A stretch of DNA of 51,598 nt, taken from a virus. The translations under genes and the position numbers were made by a program. Below the pieces are notes generated by a model, which had not been told where the DNA came from, did no database searches, and worked only from the letters and a program-made list of their open reading frames with translations. The number at the start of each line of letters is the position of its first letter. Within the stretch, counting starts at the first letter, position 1. The stretch lies in the IMG/VR virus record IMGVR_UViG_3300045988_159957; one strand, written 5' to 3'. Below are positions 1 to 9,575 of the stretch, piece by piece.

Positions 1-55
1 AATTATGGAGTTGTGGCGGACATTTCTCTTGAGATGGAGGTGTAGTTGTGGCTGG
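1..55. repeat. Terminal direct repeat, copy A (identical to 51544..51598); overlap of a circular or circularly permuted genome
   Basis: 55 nt aattatggagttgtggcggacatttctcttgagatggaggtgtagttgtggctgg occur at both window ends and cut through the CDS 51223..51588 / 48..401 junction. Confidence 0.9.
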
Positions 56-401
56 TGGATCTAACTTTCACATAGATGCTTCTAGTCTTGAAGCTGGTCT
101 TGAGAAGTTAATGAAGCCAGCTGCAATTGTTATGTATGCAAAGACCCAATCAAAGAATCTTGAAGCCTATGCAAAAGAGCATAGACCTTGGACAGACAGA
201 ACGGGTGATGCAAGAAAGAGACTCACATCTTATGTAACAGATATTCCTCATGGGTATAGAATAAATCTAGCACATGGAGTTGATTACGGGGTTTGGCTTG
301 AGTTGGCGATGGAAAAACGATTTGCCATACTTGAACCTACTATCCGGCTGAAAGGACCAGATGTTGTAAGAGGGATGGAGCATTTGCTTGAAAGATTGTA
401 A
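48..401 (+). CDS. Head-tail joining / tail component, HK97 gp10-like
   Basis: GTG start 6 nt after GGAGG. 117 aa with an AKEHRPWTDRTGDARKRL motif resembling the HK97 gp10 family. Lies between connector genes and the major tail gene. Confidence 0.55.
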   Translation: MAGGSNFHIDASSLEAGLEKLMKPAAIVMYAKTQSKNLEAYAKEHRPWTDRTGDARKRLTSYVTDIPHGYRINLAHGVDYGVWLELAMEKRFAILEPTIRLKGPDVVRGMEHLLERL

Positions 402-410
402 GGAGGTAAC

Positions 411-776
411 ATGGAAAAGACAGTATGGGAGCTCTGCGCTGATGCATTAAAGACTCACAATATTGATGTGTATCCTCCTGCAAATAAGACAGGAGAATGC
501 AAAAGAGAGTATGTTGTTCTTAAGAAAGATGGAGCTGCTCAAGTTGGTGAATATTCTTCTCAGAGCAATTACTACACTTTTATGATGTATGTTCCAAAAG
601 CAATGTATACTCAGCTTGAGAGATTTAAGAAGATTGTAACTGACATTATTTCTACAGACCTGTATCCAATGCTGATGCCTACTGGTCAAGAGACACCTGA
701 TTTCTATGATGACTCTGTGAAAGCTCATATGGTGAGCGTGACATACAGGAATTCTGTAAGAAACAACCATTTATAG
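411..776 (+). CDS. Tail terminator / tail-to-head joining protein (putative)
   Basis: AAGGAGG RBS, 121 aa, immediately upstream of the major tail protein gene. Confidence 0.45.
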   Translation: MEKTVWELCADALKTHNIDVYPPANKTGECKREYVVLKKDGAAQVGEYSSQSNYYTFMMYVPKAMYTQLERFKKIVTDIISTDLYPMLMPTGQETPDFYDDSVKAHMVSVTYRNSVRNNHL

Positions 777-789
777 AAAGGAGAAAAAT

Positions 790-1368
790 ATGGCTGGAAA
801 AGTTAAGAAAGGAACTGAAATACCTACAATTGACGTTGTGCTCGTATCTATCAAACCTCAGGGTGTAGATGCTGATGAGATCATTCTCGATACAGCCAAT
901 AAAATTCAGGTCACTGTAGCAACAGAAACCACAGAGAAGCAGACTCTCGTAGTAAAAGGTCGTCTCATTGCCCAGAAGCCTGAGCAGACTACCATCACGG
1001 GTCACAGCATTGTGCTCACAGATAATGTGTTCAATCCTGAGCTGGTCAAGATCCTTCAGGGTGGTACAATTAAGTATGACAGTGGGGAACCTACAAAGGT
1101 TGTTGGGTACACTCCTCCCGTTGTTGGATCCACAGATAAAGGTCAGGTGTTTGATCTGAATGCTTACTCTGCTATCTATGATGCAGCCGGAATCATTCAG
1201 GGTTATGAGAGAATTAAATATCCCAACTGTCAGGGTGTTCCTATTGCCCTTAATTCTGAAGACGGTGTTTTCCGTGCTTCTGAGTACACGATCAATTCTG
1301 CACCCACAAACGGACAGGCTCCTTATGATATGGACATTGTAAAGACCCTGCCTACTGTTGAAGCATAA
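790..1368 (+). CDS. Major tail protein
   Basis: 192 aa, strong RBS. Sits directly before the chaperone pair and tape measure, the canonical siphovirus order. Confidence 0.7.
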   Translation: MAGKVKKGTEIPTIDVVLVSIKPQGVDADEIILDTANKIQVTVATETTEKQTLVVKGRLIAQKPEQTTITGHSIVLTDNVFNPELVKILQGGTIKYDSGEPTKVVGYTPPVVGSTDKGQVFDLNAYSAIYDAAGIIQGYERIKYPNCQGVPIALNSEDGVFRASEYTINSAPTNGQAPYDMDIVKTLPTVEA

Positions 1369-1378
1369 GGAGGACACA

Positions 1379-1780
1379 ATGACTGAAGGATTAAAGGTAA
1401 CATCTATTGAGAGCTTAATTGCTCAATCTAATGGTTCACTTGTAGAATTACCTCCTTTTTCACAGGGAGAAAAATTCGTTGCAAGATTAAAGAGACCGTC
1501 CATGATGGCTCTTATGAGAGCAAAGAAGATTCCCAATGCACTGATTGTTTCTGCAAACAAGATGTTCAAGAATGGTCCTGGCTCTTTGAATGTAGAAGAT
1601 GAAACCATGATGGATGATGTATTCCAGATCATGGATGTTCTGTGTGAAGCTGCATTTGTAGAACCTACTTATTCGCAGCTGAAAGAGGCAGGAATCCAGC
1701 TCACAGATGATCAGTACATGTTTATCTTCGGTTACACTCAGAACGGGGTGAAGCAGCTCCAGCCCTTTCGTACAGAGTGA
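1379..1780 (+). CDS. Tail assembly chaperone (G-like)
   Basis: ATG at 1379 lies 5 nt after AAGGAGG (track start 1358 precedes the RBS). Located upstream of the TMP. Confidence 0.65.
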   Translation: MTEGLKVTSIESLIAQSNGSLVELPPFSQGEKFVARLKRPSMMALMRAKKIPNALIVSANKMFKNGPGSLNVEDETMMDDVFQIMDVLCEAAFVEPTYSQLKEAGIQLTDDQYMFIFGYTQNGVKQLQPFRTE

Positions 1781-1784
1781 GGAA

Positions 1785-2012
1785 ATGCTGCGGTTGGTGG
1801 GTGTGTATAAGACTTTAGATCTGAAGATCAGACCCTCAGATTTTGTTGGATTGGAACAGGAAGATCCTTACACGAAGTATTGCTTCGATGAAGCCTTTGC
1901 GTTCATTATTTCTAAATTGAAAGATGGAGAAGAACCCATAATTCATAAGGAAGCACCAGCAATGTCTTATTCACGTCCATCAGATTACTACAAGAAATTC
2001 GAAGGAGGATAA
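1785..2012 (+). CDS. Second tail assembly protein (T-like position)
   Basis: 75 aa ORF between chaperone and TMP. ATG lies 4 nt after the upstream TGA, suggesting re-initiation or coupling. Confidence 0.45.
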   Translation: MLRLVGVYKTLDLKIRPSDFVGLEQEDPYTKYCFDEAFAFIISKLKDGEEPIIHKEAPAMSYSRPSDYYKKFEGG

Positions 2013-2015
2013 CAA

Positions 2016-4418
2016 ATGGCTGTAGATGTTGGGTCAGCAATTGCATACCTTGATCTTGACACCAGTGGTTTTACCAACGGAATCAGCGGTGCTGCTTCTG
2101 CTTTGAAGGATTTTGTCACCTCCTCTGACAGTATCTCCACAAAAGTAACAAATCTTGGTTCTTCTATGAGTGCAATGGGAGCGTCACTGAGTAAATCAGT
2201 AACACTCCCTATTGTTGGATTGGGAACGGCAGCCACTAAAACAGCAGCAGATTTCGAGGCAGCAATGTCCAAAGTAGAAGCGATCTCTGGTGCAACTGGG
2301 GATGAGATGTCTCAGTTGAGGGACAAGGCTATCGAGATGGGTGCCAAAACAAAATTCTCTGCAAAAGAGTCTGCTGATGCTTTCACTTACATGGCTATGG
2401 CAGGATGGGATGCAGGGCAAATGATTGATGGTATTTCCGGTATCATGTCCCTGGCTGCGGCAGATGGATTGGATCTTGCTACTACATCAGATATTGTAAC
2501 AGATGCCTTGACAGCATTTGGACTCCAAGCAAGTGATTCCAGTCACTTTGCAGATGTACTAGCACAGGCATCTTCTTCTGCAAACACAAATGTTTCCATG
2601 TTGGGTGAGTCCTTCAAATATATTGCACCTGTTGCTGGAGCTCTAGGAATGTCAGTTGAGGATGTTTCCCTTGCTCTTGGATTGATGGCAAACTCAGGAA
2701 TTAAAGGAACACAGGCAGGTACATCATTGAGAGCGTCTCTTACAAATTTGGTTAAGCCTACTGATGCCATGGCTACAAAGATGGAGCAATTGGGTATTGA
2801 GGTCACAAACAGTGATGGCTCTATGAAATCTCTTCGTGAGATTATGGATATCTTAAGAGAGAAATTCAATGGTTTATCCGAAGCAGAACAAGCAAGTGCT
2901 GCTGCAACACTATTTGGTAAAGAAGCTATGTCTGCAATGCTTGCCATAATAAACACATCCCAAGCTGATTATGATAAACTTGCTGAATCTATTGCAAATG
3001 CTGATGGTAGAGCTGACAGCATGGCAGAGACAATGATGGGAAATCTGTCTGGCTCTATTGAACAAATGAAAGGTGCAATTGAGTCTTTGATGATTAAGCT
3101 GGGGGAAGCTCTTATACCTACTATCAACCAAATCACACAGTTGATCACAAAAATTGTTGAAAAGCTGAACACAATGAGTGATGAACAGGTACAGCAAATC
3201 GTTAAGATAGGTGCTATTGTTGCTGCAATTGGTCCATTACTTATGGTTGTTGGTAAAGTAATCACTGTCATAGGATCTGTGCTTCATTATGGTGGATTGA
3301 TTGTAAGTGGAATACAGACCCTTGTGAGCTTCATAACAGGAGTGCTGATACCTGCTATTGCAGCAATTGGTTGGCCAATATTGGCTGTTATTGCTGCTAT
3401 TGCTGCTCTTATAGCAATAGGAGTTGCTCTTTACAAGAACTGGGATGAAATCTGTGACTGGGCTGATAGAACATGGTCAGCTATTAAAGAAGCAGTAGGA
3501 AATGCTGTAGATGGAATGCTTGAGTTTTTTGACAATTTCAAAGAGAGTGTGGGAAATGTTATAGAATCTGTAACAACTGCTGTATCTAATCTTTGGAGCT
3601 CCATAGGTGAGTTCTTCAGCAATCTATTCTCTAGTTTGTCAGGCTGGTTCAAAAATGTCACTTCCAGCATAGGAGGGTTCTTCTCTAATCTTGCTTCAAC
3701 TGTTGGAGGTGCCATCTCAAACATATGGGGAACCATAGTTGAATGGGGTTCCAGCATGGTAAGTAAAGCAGCTGAGATTGGCTCTGGGTTTGTAGAAAAC
3801 TTCATGGGGTTTTTCTCAAACTTTGTGAGTGGTGTAACAAATGCTATTTCAGGAGTCATTGAAGCAATAACAAGCTGGGGTTCAAACCTACTAACAAAGG
3901 CTTCAGAAATAGGTAGTAAATTCTATGAAGCTTTCATTGGAGGAATACAGAATGTTGCAGAATTTTTCACCAATATGTTTGAGAATGTTCTTAAGACAAT
4001 AACTTCTTTTGGCTCTAAGATGTTCAAGCTCGGAAAAGATCTAATGATGTCATTTTGGAATGGCATAAAGGAAGTTTTTTCATCCATATGGAAATGGGTA
4101 CAGGATAAGTTTCAACCTATAATTGATATGGTAGAGAAAATCTTTTCTCCTATCAAGTCTTTCATGGGTAGTGCTTTCTCATTCATTTCTGGTTCACATA
4201 GGAATGGACTTGACTACGTGCCTTATGATGGGTATGTGGCGGAGCTGCATAAAGGTGAAAGAGTTCTTACTGCAGAAGAGAATCAAGACTATCCTGATAA
4301 ACCTAGATCTGGCAGTGGAGGAGACACATTCATATTCAACAGCCCTGAAGCTATTGATGAATATCAAGCTGCAAGATTATTGAAACAGACAAAGAAAGAA
4401 TTGGATATGGATATTTAG
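2016..4418 (+). CDS. Tail tape measure protein (TP901-family core)
   Basis: 800 aa. Core motif AKTKFSAKESADAFTYMAMAGW, internal hydrophobic segments and repetitive FFSN/GxxxS helical repeats. Confidence 0.92.
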   Translation: MAVDVGSAIAYLDLDTSGFTNGISGAASALKDFVTSSDSISTKVTNLGSSMSAMGASLSKSVTLPIVGLGTAATKTAADFEAAMSKVEAISGATGDEMSQLRDKAIEMGAKTKFSAKESADAFTYMAMAGWDAGQMIDGISGIMSLAAADGLDLATTSDIVTDALTAFGLQASDSSHFADVLAQASSSANTNVSMLGESFKYIAPVAGALGMSVEDVSLALGLMANSGIKGTQAGTSLRASLTNLVKPTDAMATKMEQLGIEVTNSDGSMKSLREIMDILREKFNGLSEAEQASAAATLFGKEAMSAMLAIINTSQADYDKLAESIANADGRADSMAETMMGNLSGSIEQMKGAIESLMIKLGEALIPTINQITQLITKIVEKLNTMSDEQVQQIVKIGAIVAAIGPLLMVVGKVITVIGSVLHYGGLIVSGIQTLVSFITGVLIPAIAAIGWPILAVIAAIAALIAIGVALYKNWDEICDWADRTWSAIKEAVGNAVDGMLEFFDNFKESVGNVIESVTTAVSNLWSSIGEFFSNLFSSLSGWFKNVTSSIGGFFSNLASTVGGAISNIWGTIVEWGSSMVSKAAEIGSGFVENFMGFFSNFVSGVTNAISGVIEAITSWGSNLLTKASEIGSKFYEAFIGGIQNVAEFFTNMFENVLKTITSFGSKMFKLGKDLMMSFWNGIKEVFSSIWKWVQDKFQPIIDMVEKIFSPIKSFMGSAFSFISGSHRNGLDYVPYDGYVAELHKGERVLTAEENQDYPDKPRSGSGGDTFIFNSPEAIDEYQAARLLKQTKKELDMDI

Positions 4419-4429
4419 GAGGGGACAAC

Positions 4430-5380
4430 ATGATTTCGAAATTTACACTTATGAATATGAGTAGTAAGAATTCATTGACCTTTGGTCAGACCCCTGAAGA
4501 AGAGTGCTTATTCAAAGACGATGGGATTGACTGGGGTAAAGCTCCAGCATCCCATAGCACTTTCTCTTATCCTACTCAGCTGGGTGAATACATTGCTTCT
4601 ACCAGTGTGAAAGGCAGGGATATCAGCATAGAGGGATATGTATATTACATTCCTACAGATTTAGAAAAATCTCAGGTCTTACCTGAAGAATTGGAGGAAT
4701 ATTGCTATAAACAGATAAAGAAAAAGAAAGAGTTGTTGAATGGAATTGTAAATCCTGAACAAGTAGTCAGACTCACCATTGGAAGCTACTTCATTGAAGG
4801 AAAACCTGAACAATCAATTGTGTATGGTTCTGATGATGCAACGAATAACATGTTCTTTTGTAAGTTCTTGATTTCTCTGTTTTGTAGCAATCCTATGTTT
4901 AGGAAGACTATTCTTCCTAGCACTGTTCTGAGTGGTACTAAACCAGCATTCAGATTCCCTTTGATAATACCTCAGGGAGTTGGAATCAAAATGGGTATAA
5001 GAAGCAGCTACAGATTGATTGCTATAGAAAATGAAGGAAATGTTTCCACTGGCTGTGTGATAAGACTCAAGGCAAAAGGAACTATTGTAAATCCTACTAT
5101 CACGAATATTCAGACAGGAGAATTTATCACCATAGACAAGACTCTTGTCAATGATGAAGAAGTGGAAATAAACACAAACGATGGAAATGAAAAGGGTGTC
5201 AAAGGCTACATTGATGGAAAAGAATTCAACTACTTCAAATATTGGAATTTTGAGAGCACATGGCTCAAATTTCCAATAGGGACTTCACTCATTGGGTTTT
5301 CCCTTAAAGAAGGAGATGAAACTCTTTTAGATATAAGCATAACTGTCAATCCTTTGAAATATGCTCTGGAGGATATGTAA
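4430..5380 (+). CDS. Distal tail protein (Dit-like)
   Basis: 316 aa directly after the TMP, strong RBS. Confidence 0.65.
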   Translation: MISKFTLMNMSSKNSLTFGQTPEEECLFKDDGIDWGKAPASHSTFSYPTQLGEYIASTSVKGRDISIEGYVYYIPTDLEKSQVLPEELEEYCYKQIKKKKELLNGIVNPEQVVRLTIGSYFIEGKPEQSIVYGSDDATNNMFFCKFLISLFCSNPMFRKTILPSTVLSGTKPAFRFPLIIPQGVGIKMGIRSSYRLIAIENEGNVSTGCVIRLKAKGTIVNPTITNIQTGEFITIDKTLVNDEEVEINTNDGNEKGVKGYIDGKEFNYFKYWNFESTWLKFPIGTSLIGFSLKEGDETLLDISITVNPLKYALEDM

Positions 5381-5381
5381 C

Positions 5382-6524
5382 ATGATTCTTGAAGTATTCT
5401 CAAAAACAACAAGAGAGCGAGTGGGCATCATAAAGATGTTCAAGTTCTCCCAATATACCCGTGAATTTTGTGGTTCTGGGTCATTTTCAATTAAAGTATC
5501 TATAGAAGATACAATCATTAGATCTCTCAATCCGGAGCACATGATCTTATTTGACCAAGGAGTCATGGGTATTATAAAGAACGTTAAAATGTCCACTGAG
5601 GAATCCATCGTGACTGTGCAAGGATATCTGTTGAACAAATTATTGTATTACAGATCATTCCTTGTTACAAAAGTGTTCAAAGGGATGGCAGGATCGATTG
5701 CCAGAGACATGGTTGACTTTTTCTTTATAAGGAATTCTGATTCCAGAAGAAACATACCTGGAATGACCTTATCCACGGATGACAAGTACAATCCGATCCT
5801 TCCAAAGACATCTATTCAGGCTACAGGAAAGTCTGTTGGGTATGTGATGGAAAGTATGTTGGGTTCATTTAATAGTGGTTATGATATTGTTCCAATTATT
5901 ACAGCTTACAATGAATCAAGTGATAAACCTACTAACATATCAAGCTATGAATTCAGAGTATTGGCTCCTGTAAACAGGTCTATAGAAAACACTGATGGGA
6001 ATACTCCTGTCATATTCTCAAAGACCATGAACAACTTGTCTTCAGCGACATACGAAGAAGATGAAACAGAATATTGCTCTGTGGCAATCGTTGCCGGAGA
6101 GGGAGAGGGCACTGAAAGAATAATCCTTGAGGTCGGTGACACAGCAGCTTCCGGCATTGATCGTATTGAGTTATATGTAGATGCTAGAGATCTACAGAGT
6201 AGCTTAGAAGATGGCACAACAATGACAGAAGATGAGTATAGGCAAGTCCTGAAAAATAGAGGTGAATCTCACCTTGAGGACGCAAGATCATTCTTATCTT
6301 TTGACGGAACAATAATAGATGGAGCTTCATCTTATGTTTATGGAAAGGACTTTTTCCTTGGTGACTATGTCTCCGTTATTGATAATACTCTTGGCATCAT
6401 AGCAACGGTACAGATAAGCTCTGTCACAAAATCTCTTACTGAATCAGGTGAAAAGATTGACATTGTGTTTGGTAAAGAAAAAGTCTTAATTCAAAAAATA
6501 ATAAGAAAGAGAGGAGTAGTGTAA
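5382..6524 (+). CDS. Tail-tip protein, Siphovirus Gp37-like
   Basis: ATG 5382 lies 9 nt after GGAGGA. N-terminal pattern ILEVFSK...FKFSQYTREFCGSGSFSIKV resembles the Sipho_Gp37 family. Located after Dit. Confidence 0.5.
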   Translation: MILEVFSKTTRERVGIIKMFKFSQYTREFCGSGSFSIKVSIEDTIIRSLNPEHMILFDQGVMGIIKNVKMSTEESIVTVQGYLLNKLLYYRSFLVTKVFKGMAGSIARDMVDFFFIRNSDSRRNIPGMTLSTDDKYNPILPKTSIQATGKSVGYVMESMLGSFNSGYDIVPIITAYNESSDKPTNISSYEFRVLAPVNRSIENTDGNTPVIFSKTMNNLSSATYEEDETEYCSVAIVAGEGEGTERIILEVGDTAASGIDRIELYVDARDLQSSLEDGTTMTEDEYRQVLKNRGESHLEDARSFLSFDGTIIDGASSYVYGKDFFLGDYVSVIDNTLGIIATVQISSVTKSLTESGEKIDIVFGKEKVLIQKIIRKRGVV

Positions 6525-7501
6525 TGGAAAAAAGTGGTTTTTTCGATGCAGTATACAATGAATTTGATGAGACCTATGACAAAGAATATGCTGCAGAACA
6601 GTTTGCTTCGTACTTTGCTTTATTCATCAAGAATGGAGTATTTGGGTCACCTACTAATCAGCTCAAAGTCAGTGCCTCATCTGGTATGAACATTAAAATC
6701 TCTCCTGGGTGGGCATTCATAAATGGGTACTGGTATTATAATGATGAAGATCTTATTCTACCTGTTTCACAGAATCTTTCCTCTACTGTAAGAAAAGATT
6801 CAGTAATCTGCAGATGGAACAATTCTGACAGAAAGATTACTTCAGCTGTTAACACAGGGTCTACAGAAATTACAAGAACAGAATCCTATTATGATTTGAA
6901 ACTTGCAGAAATCTCTGTTGCCTCTGGTGCTGTTTCTATCACAGATAGTTCTATCACAGATACAAGAACAGATGAAAATGTTTGTGGTCTAGTAACCGGA
7001 CTCCTTAAGACTGAAACTACTGCAGATCTTTTTGCACAGTTCACTGCTGCATTCAATGAATGGTTTGAAGATGTCAAAGATCAGGTCACTGGTGATCTTG
7101 CTATTAAACTGCAACAAGAATTCACTGAACTCAGTAAAAGAGTAGAGGACTACCAAAAATCTACAGAAAAATCTATCAGTGAATTTGAGACTACTGTAAA
7201 CAATAAAATTAGTGACATTGAAGAAGTAGCAAATACAGCTAAGAATACTATACAGGACTTTGTTGATAAAGATTTTGTTATTGCTAAACAGTCACTTGTG
7301 TTTTCTAATAGCATATGTACAATAACAGATTCAAGAGTCACTGCAGGCAGTCTTGTAGATGTATATTTTACAAAAGAATCAACACCAGCTGCGGAAGCAG
7401 CAACAATATATGTTGATTCTGAAGACGGGAAAATTGTTCTTACAGCAACAACACAGCCTACAGGAGCTCTAGAAGCAATCATGAGAGTGAGGGTTAGATA
7501 A
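6524..7501 (+). CDS. Tail fibre / baseplate upper protein-like
   Basis: N-terminus YDKEYAAEQFASYFALFIKNGVF...GWAFINGYWY matches a pattern common in Firmicutes phage fibre proteins, followed by a coiled-coil middle region. Confidence 0.6.
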   Translation: MEKSGFFDAVYNEFDETYDKEYAAEQFASYFALFIKNGVFGSPTNQLKVSASSGMNIKISPGWAFINGYWYYNDEDLILPVSQNLSSTVRKDSVICRWNNSDRKITSAVNTGSTEITRTESYYDLKLAEISVASGAVSITDSSITDTRTDENVCGLVTGLLKTETTADLFAQFTAAFNEWFEDVKDQVTGDLAIKLQQEFTELSKRVEDYQKSTEKSISEFETTVNNKISDIEEVANTAKNTIQDFVDKDFVIAKQSLVFSNSICTITDSRVTAGSLVDVYFTKESTPAAEAATIYVDSEDGKIVLTATTQPTGALEAIMRVRVR

Positions 7502-8964
7502 TGAGAGGAAGAGTGAACATACCTCCTAGGACAGGAGGAATTGTTAATGGTGTAGTAAGAGAGTATCAAGTTGTAGAAGAAGGAGGAATTTCGACGGGTG
7601 ATTATGTTGAATTTGGAATACAAAATTCTAACATGCAATTAGTGGTTCCTTATAGTAGCATTGCAGATAGCCGTAAACATACAGGTTCTACTGTACTTGC
7701 TTGTGATGATAATGATGGACCAAGAAATAAACTTTTTGAGCTTTCTGATGGATCAAAAATTTCTTTTTACTGTGCAAAAGATGCTATCGGTGAGCCTATT
7801 ACTGTTGTAAGCTACCAAATATCCGAGGGACAATTAACTTTTTCTACAGTGACGATCCCTGTTCCACGAATGGGCTCTGCATATATCAACAAACCGATGA
7901 TTGCTGAGATTTCGACCAATAAATTTTTGTATATTGGTTATGATTTTAGTGCATCTTATGCAGGATATTACATTTTGAGCTATAATCCTTCTACTACAGA
8001 GTGGAGTTATGAAGAAGTTACTCTTATGACTAGTGTTGCCTCTAAACCAAGTAGCTGCAAGCAGTTTTTGAAAGTGGGACAAAATTTGTTTATGTGGGTT
8101 GAGTCTGCTAAGATGTGGCTTGCAGAGCTTGACACTTCAACAAAAGCATTGAAATTCATCAACCTTTTAACAATGAGCACGTCAGACTTTTTGGTTGTAG
8201 GAAAGTATGGGGATTACATATTGTGCACGAACAATACACTTCTTTGTACTCTTAAGTTAGAAAACAAAACGTTGAGTTTTGTCACATCTGCTTCGTTAGA
8301 TAGTACAATGTTTTATCATACGGGTTGGTTATTTTCTAAACAAAATGAGGATGAATGTTTGTTCATTACACAATCTTCGTATGATACATCAGGAACATCA
8401 GTAACGATTACTCTTGGTGCGCAAGTAATAAAGATCGTTGACGGTCAGATGCAATTTTATAATGTAGTCCAAAAGACATTTCAAGTTACTTTAGCATTGA
8501 GGTACAACTATAATAAAGCACTTTCAGTCACAGTAGATTATAAAAATGGCGTGTTATTTGGTGAGATTGTATATTCAGGTAGTTCATCATCTAGCTCCAC
8601 AACATATGCTACAGGCTACGTCGGGGTCTTCTCTATACCAATTGACATTTCATCTAGTGGTATTGTAACTTTTGGTACAGCAGATACTAAATCAACTGGA
8701 AAAGCCTACACAGCTTCAGCTTCAGCAGCTTTGAATGTTTCTTCTTGGTATGCACCAACTGAAATTTCAGATGGAGTGTATCTCTTCGGAGGTTCTCTAT
8801 ATTTACTTAAAGAATATAGAATGTATCTCTTAAAGCCAAATAAACTTGGTCTATCAAATTTATTCACACTGGATCTAATAAAGAAATATGCAACTAAAAT
8901 TTCTGGAATTGCAAAAACATCTGGCTCTTATGGGGAAACAATAGAAGTATATGCACCAGAATAG
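7501..8964 (+). CDS. Tail fibre / receptor-binding protein (putative)
   Basis: 487 aa, TAATG overlap with the upstream fibre gene, last large gene of the tail module. Confidence 0.5.
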   Translation: MRGRVNIPPRTGGIVNGVVREYQVVEEGGISTGDYVEFGIQNSNMQLVVPYSSIADSRKHTGSTVLACDDNDGPRNKLFELSDGSKISFYCAKDAIGEPITVVSYQISEGQLTFSTVTIPVPRMGSAYINKPMIAEISTNKFLYIGYDFSASYAGYYILSYNPSTTEWSYEEVTLMTSVASKPSSCKQFLKVGQNLFMWVESAKMWLAELDTSTKALKFINLLTMSTSDFLVVGKYGDYILCTNNTLLCTLKLENKTLSFVTSASLDSTMFYHTGWLFSKQNEDECLFITQSSYDTSGTSVTITLGAQVIKIVDGQMQFYNVVQKTFQVTLALRYNYNKALSVTVDYKNGVLFGEIVYSGSSSSSSTTYATGYVGVFSIPIDISSSGIVTFGTADTKSTGKAYTASASAALNVSSWYAPTEISDGVYLFGGSLYLLKEYRMYLLKPNKLGLSNLFTLDLIKKYATKISGIAKTSGSYGETIEVYAPE

Positions 8965-8979
8965 AAAGGAGGAGAGAAT

Positions 8980-9249
8980 ATGAGTGCAATATCAATCATT
9001 GGTTGTGCTGTAGGAGTGATCGGCTGTGTAGTGGGTGTTGCGACATTTATTTCAGCTCAGATTACAAAAGCAAAACAGGATGGCATGTTAATTTCTAAGA
9101 TTGATCAATGTGTTAATGGCATTGAAGAGATTAAGAAAGACATGAAAGAAAAGAACAGAGAAATTGATGTCATTATTGACAATCATTCTCAAAAGATTGT
9201 TCGCTTAGAGACAGAAATGAAAGCAATAAAAGAACACTTAAATGTGTAA
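8980..9249 (+). CDS. Small membrane protein (N-terminal TM plus coiled coil)
   Basis: 89 aa with a hydrophobic N-terminus IIGCAVGVIGCVVGVATFI followed by a charged helical region. Strong RBS. Confidence 0.6.
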   Translation: MSAISIIGCAVGVIGCVVGVATFISAQITKAKQDGMLISKIDQCVNGIEEIKKDMKEKNREIDVIIDNHSQKIVRLETEMKAIKEHLNV

Positions 9250-9261
9250 GGAGGAAATGAA

Positions 9262-9429
9262 ATGGCAGCAAAAGATGATGCACTTGAACAATCTCAGGCA
9301 TTGAATCAGCTCTTACTTGAGATGACTAGAACACAGAAGATGCAACAAAAAGAACTTATAAAAGTCTATATTGTTACGGTTGTGTGCTTCACAGCTCTTC
9401 TTATTTCAATGATTATCGGGTTCTTCTGA
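9262..9429 (+). CDS. XhlA-like small membrane protein (coiled N-terminus, C-terminal TM)
   Basis: 55-aa ORF below the track cutoff, read by hand: MAAKDDALEQSQALNQLLLEMTRTQKMQQKELIKVYIVTVVCFTALLISMIIGFF. AAGGAGG RBS at 9248-9254. Confidence 0.55.
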   Translation: MAAKDDALEQSQALNQLLLEMTRTQKMQQKELIKVYIVTVVCFTALLISMIIGFF

Positions 9430-9575
9430 TATGAGAGCCAGTTTGAAACGACTACTCAAACCACAGAAAAAATTGTGACTCAGGAAGTTTCTGGCACGGA
9501 TTCCGAAATCAACAATGTAGAAGGAAATCTATACAAAGATAATGCTGTGCATAATGATGAGAGGGGAGATAACTA

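Noticed and set aside
1752-1790. Canonical -1 programmed frameshift joining the two tail chaperone ORFs
   Set aside because: ORF2 is in the +1 frame relative to ORF1, and its frame is open only from 1752. No X_XXY_YYZ slippery heptamer is present in the 29-nt overlap window. Treated as two coupled genes, though a non-canonical shift cannot be excluded.
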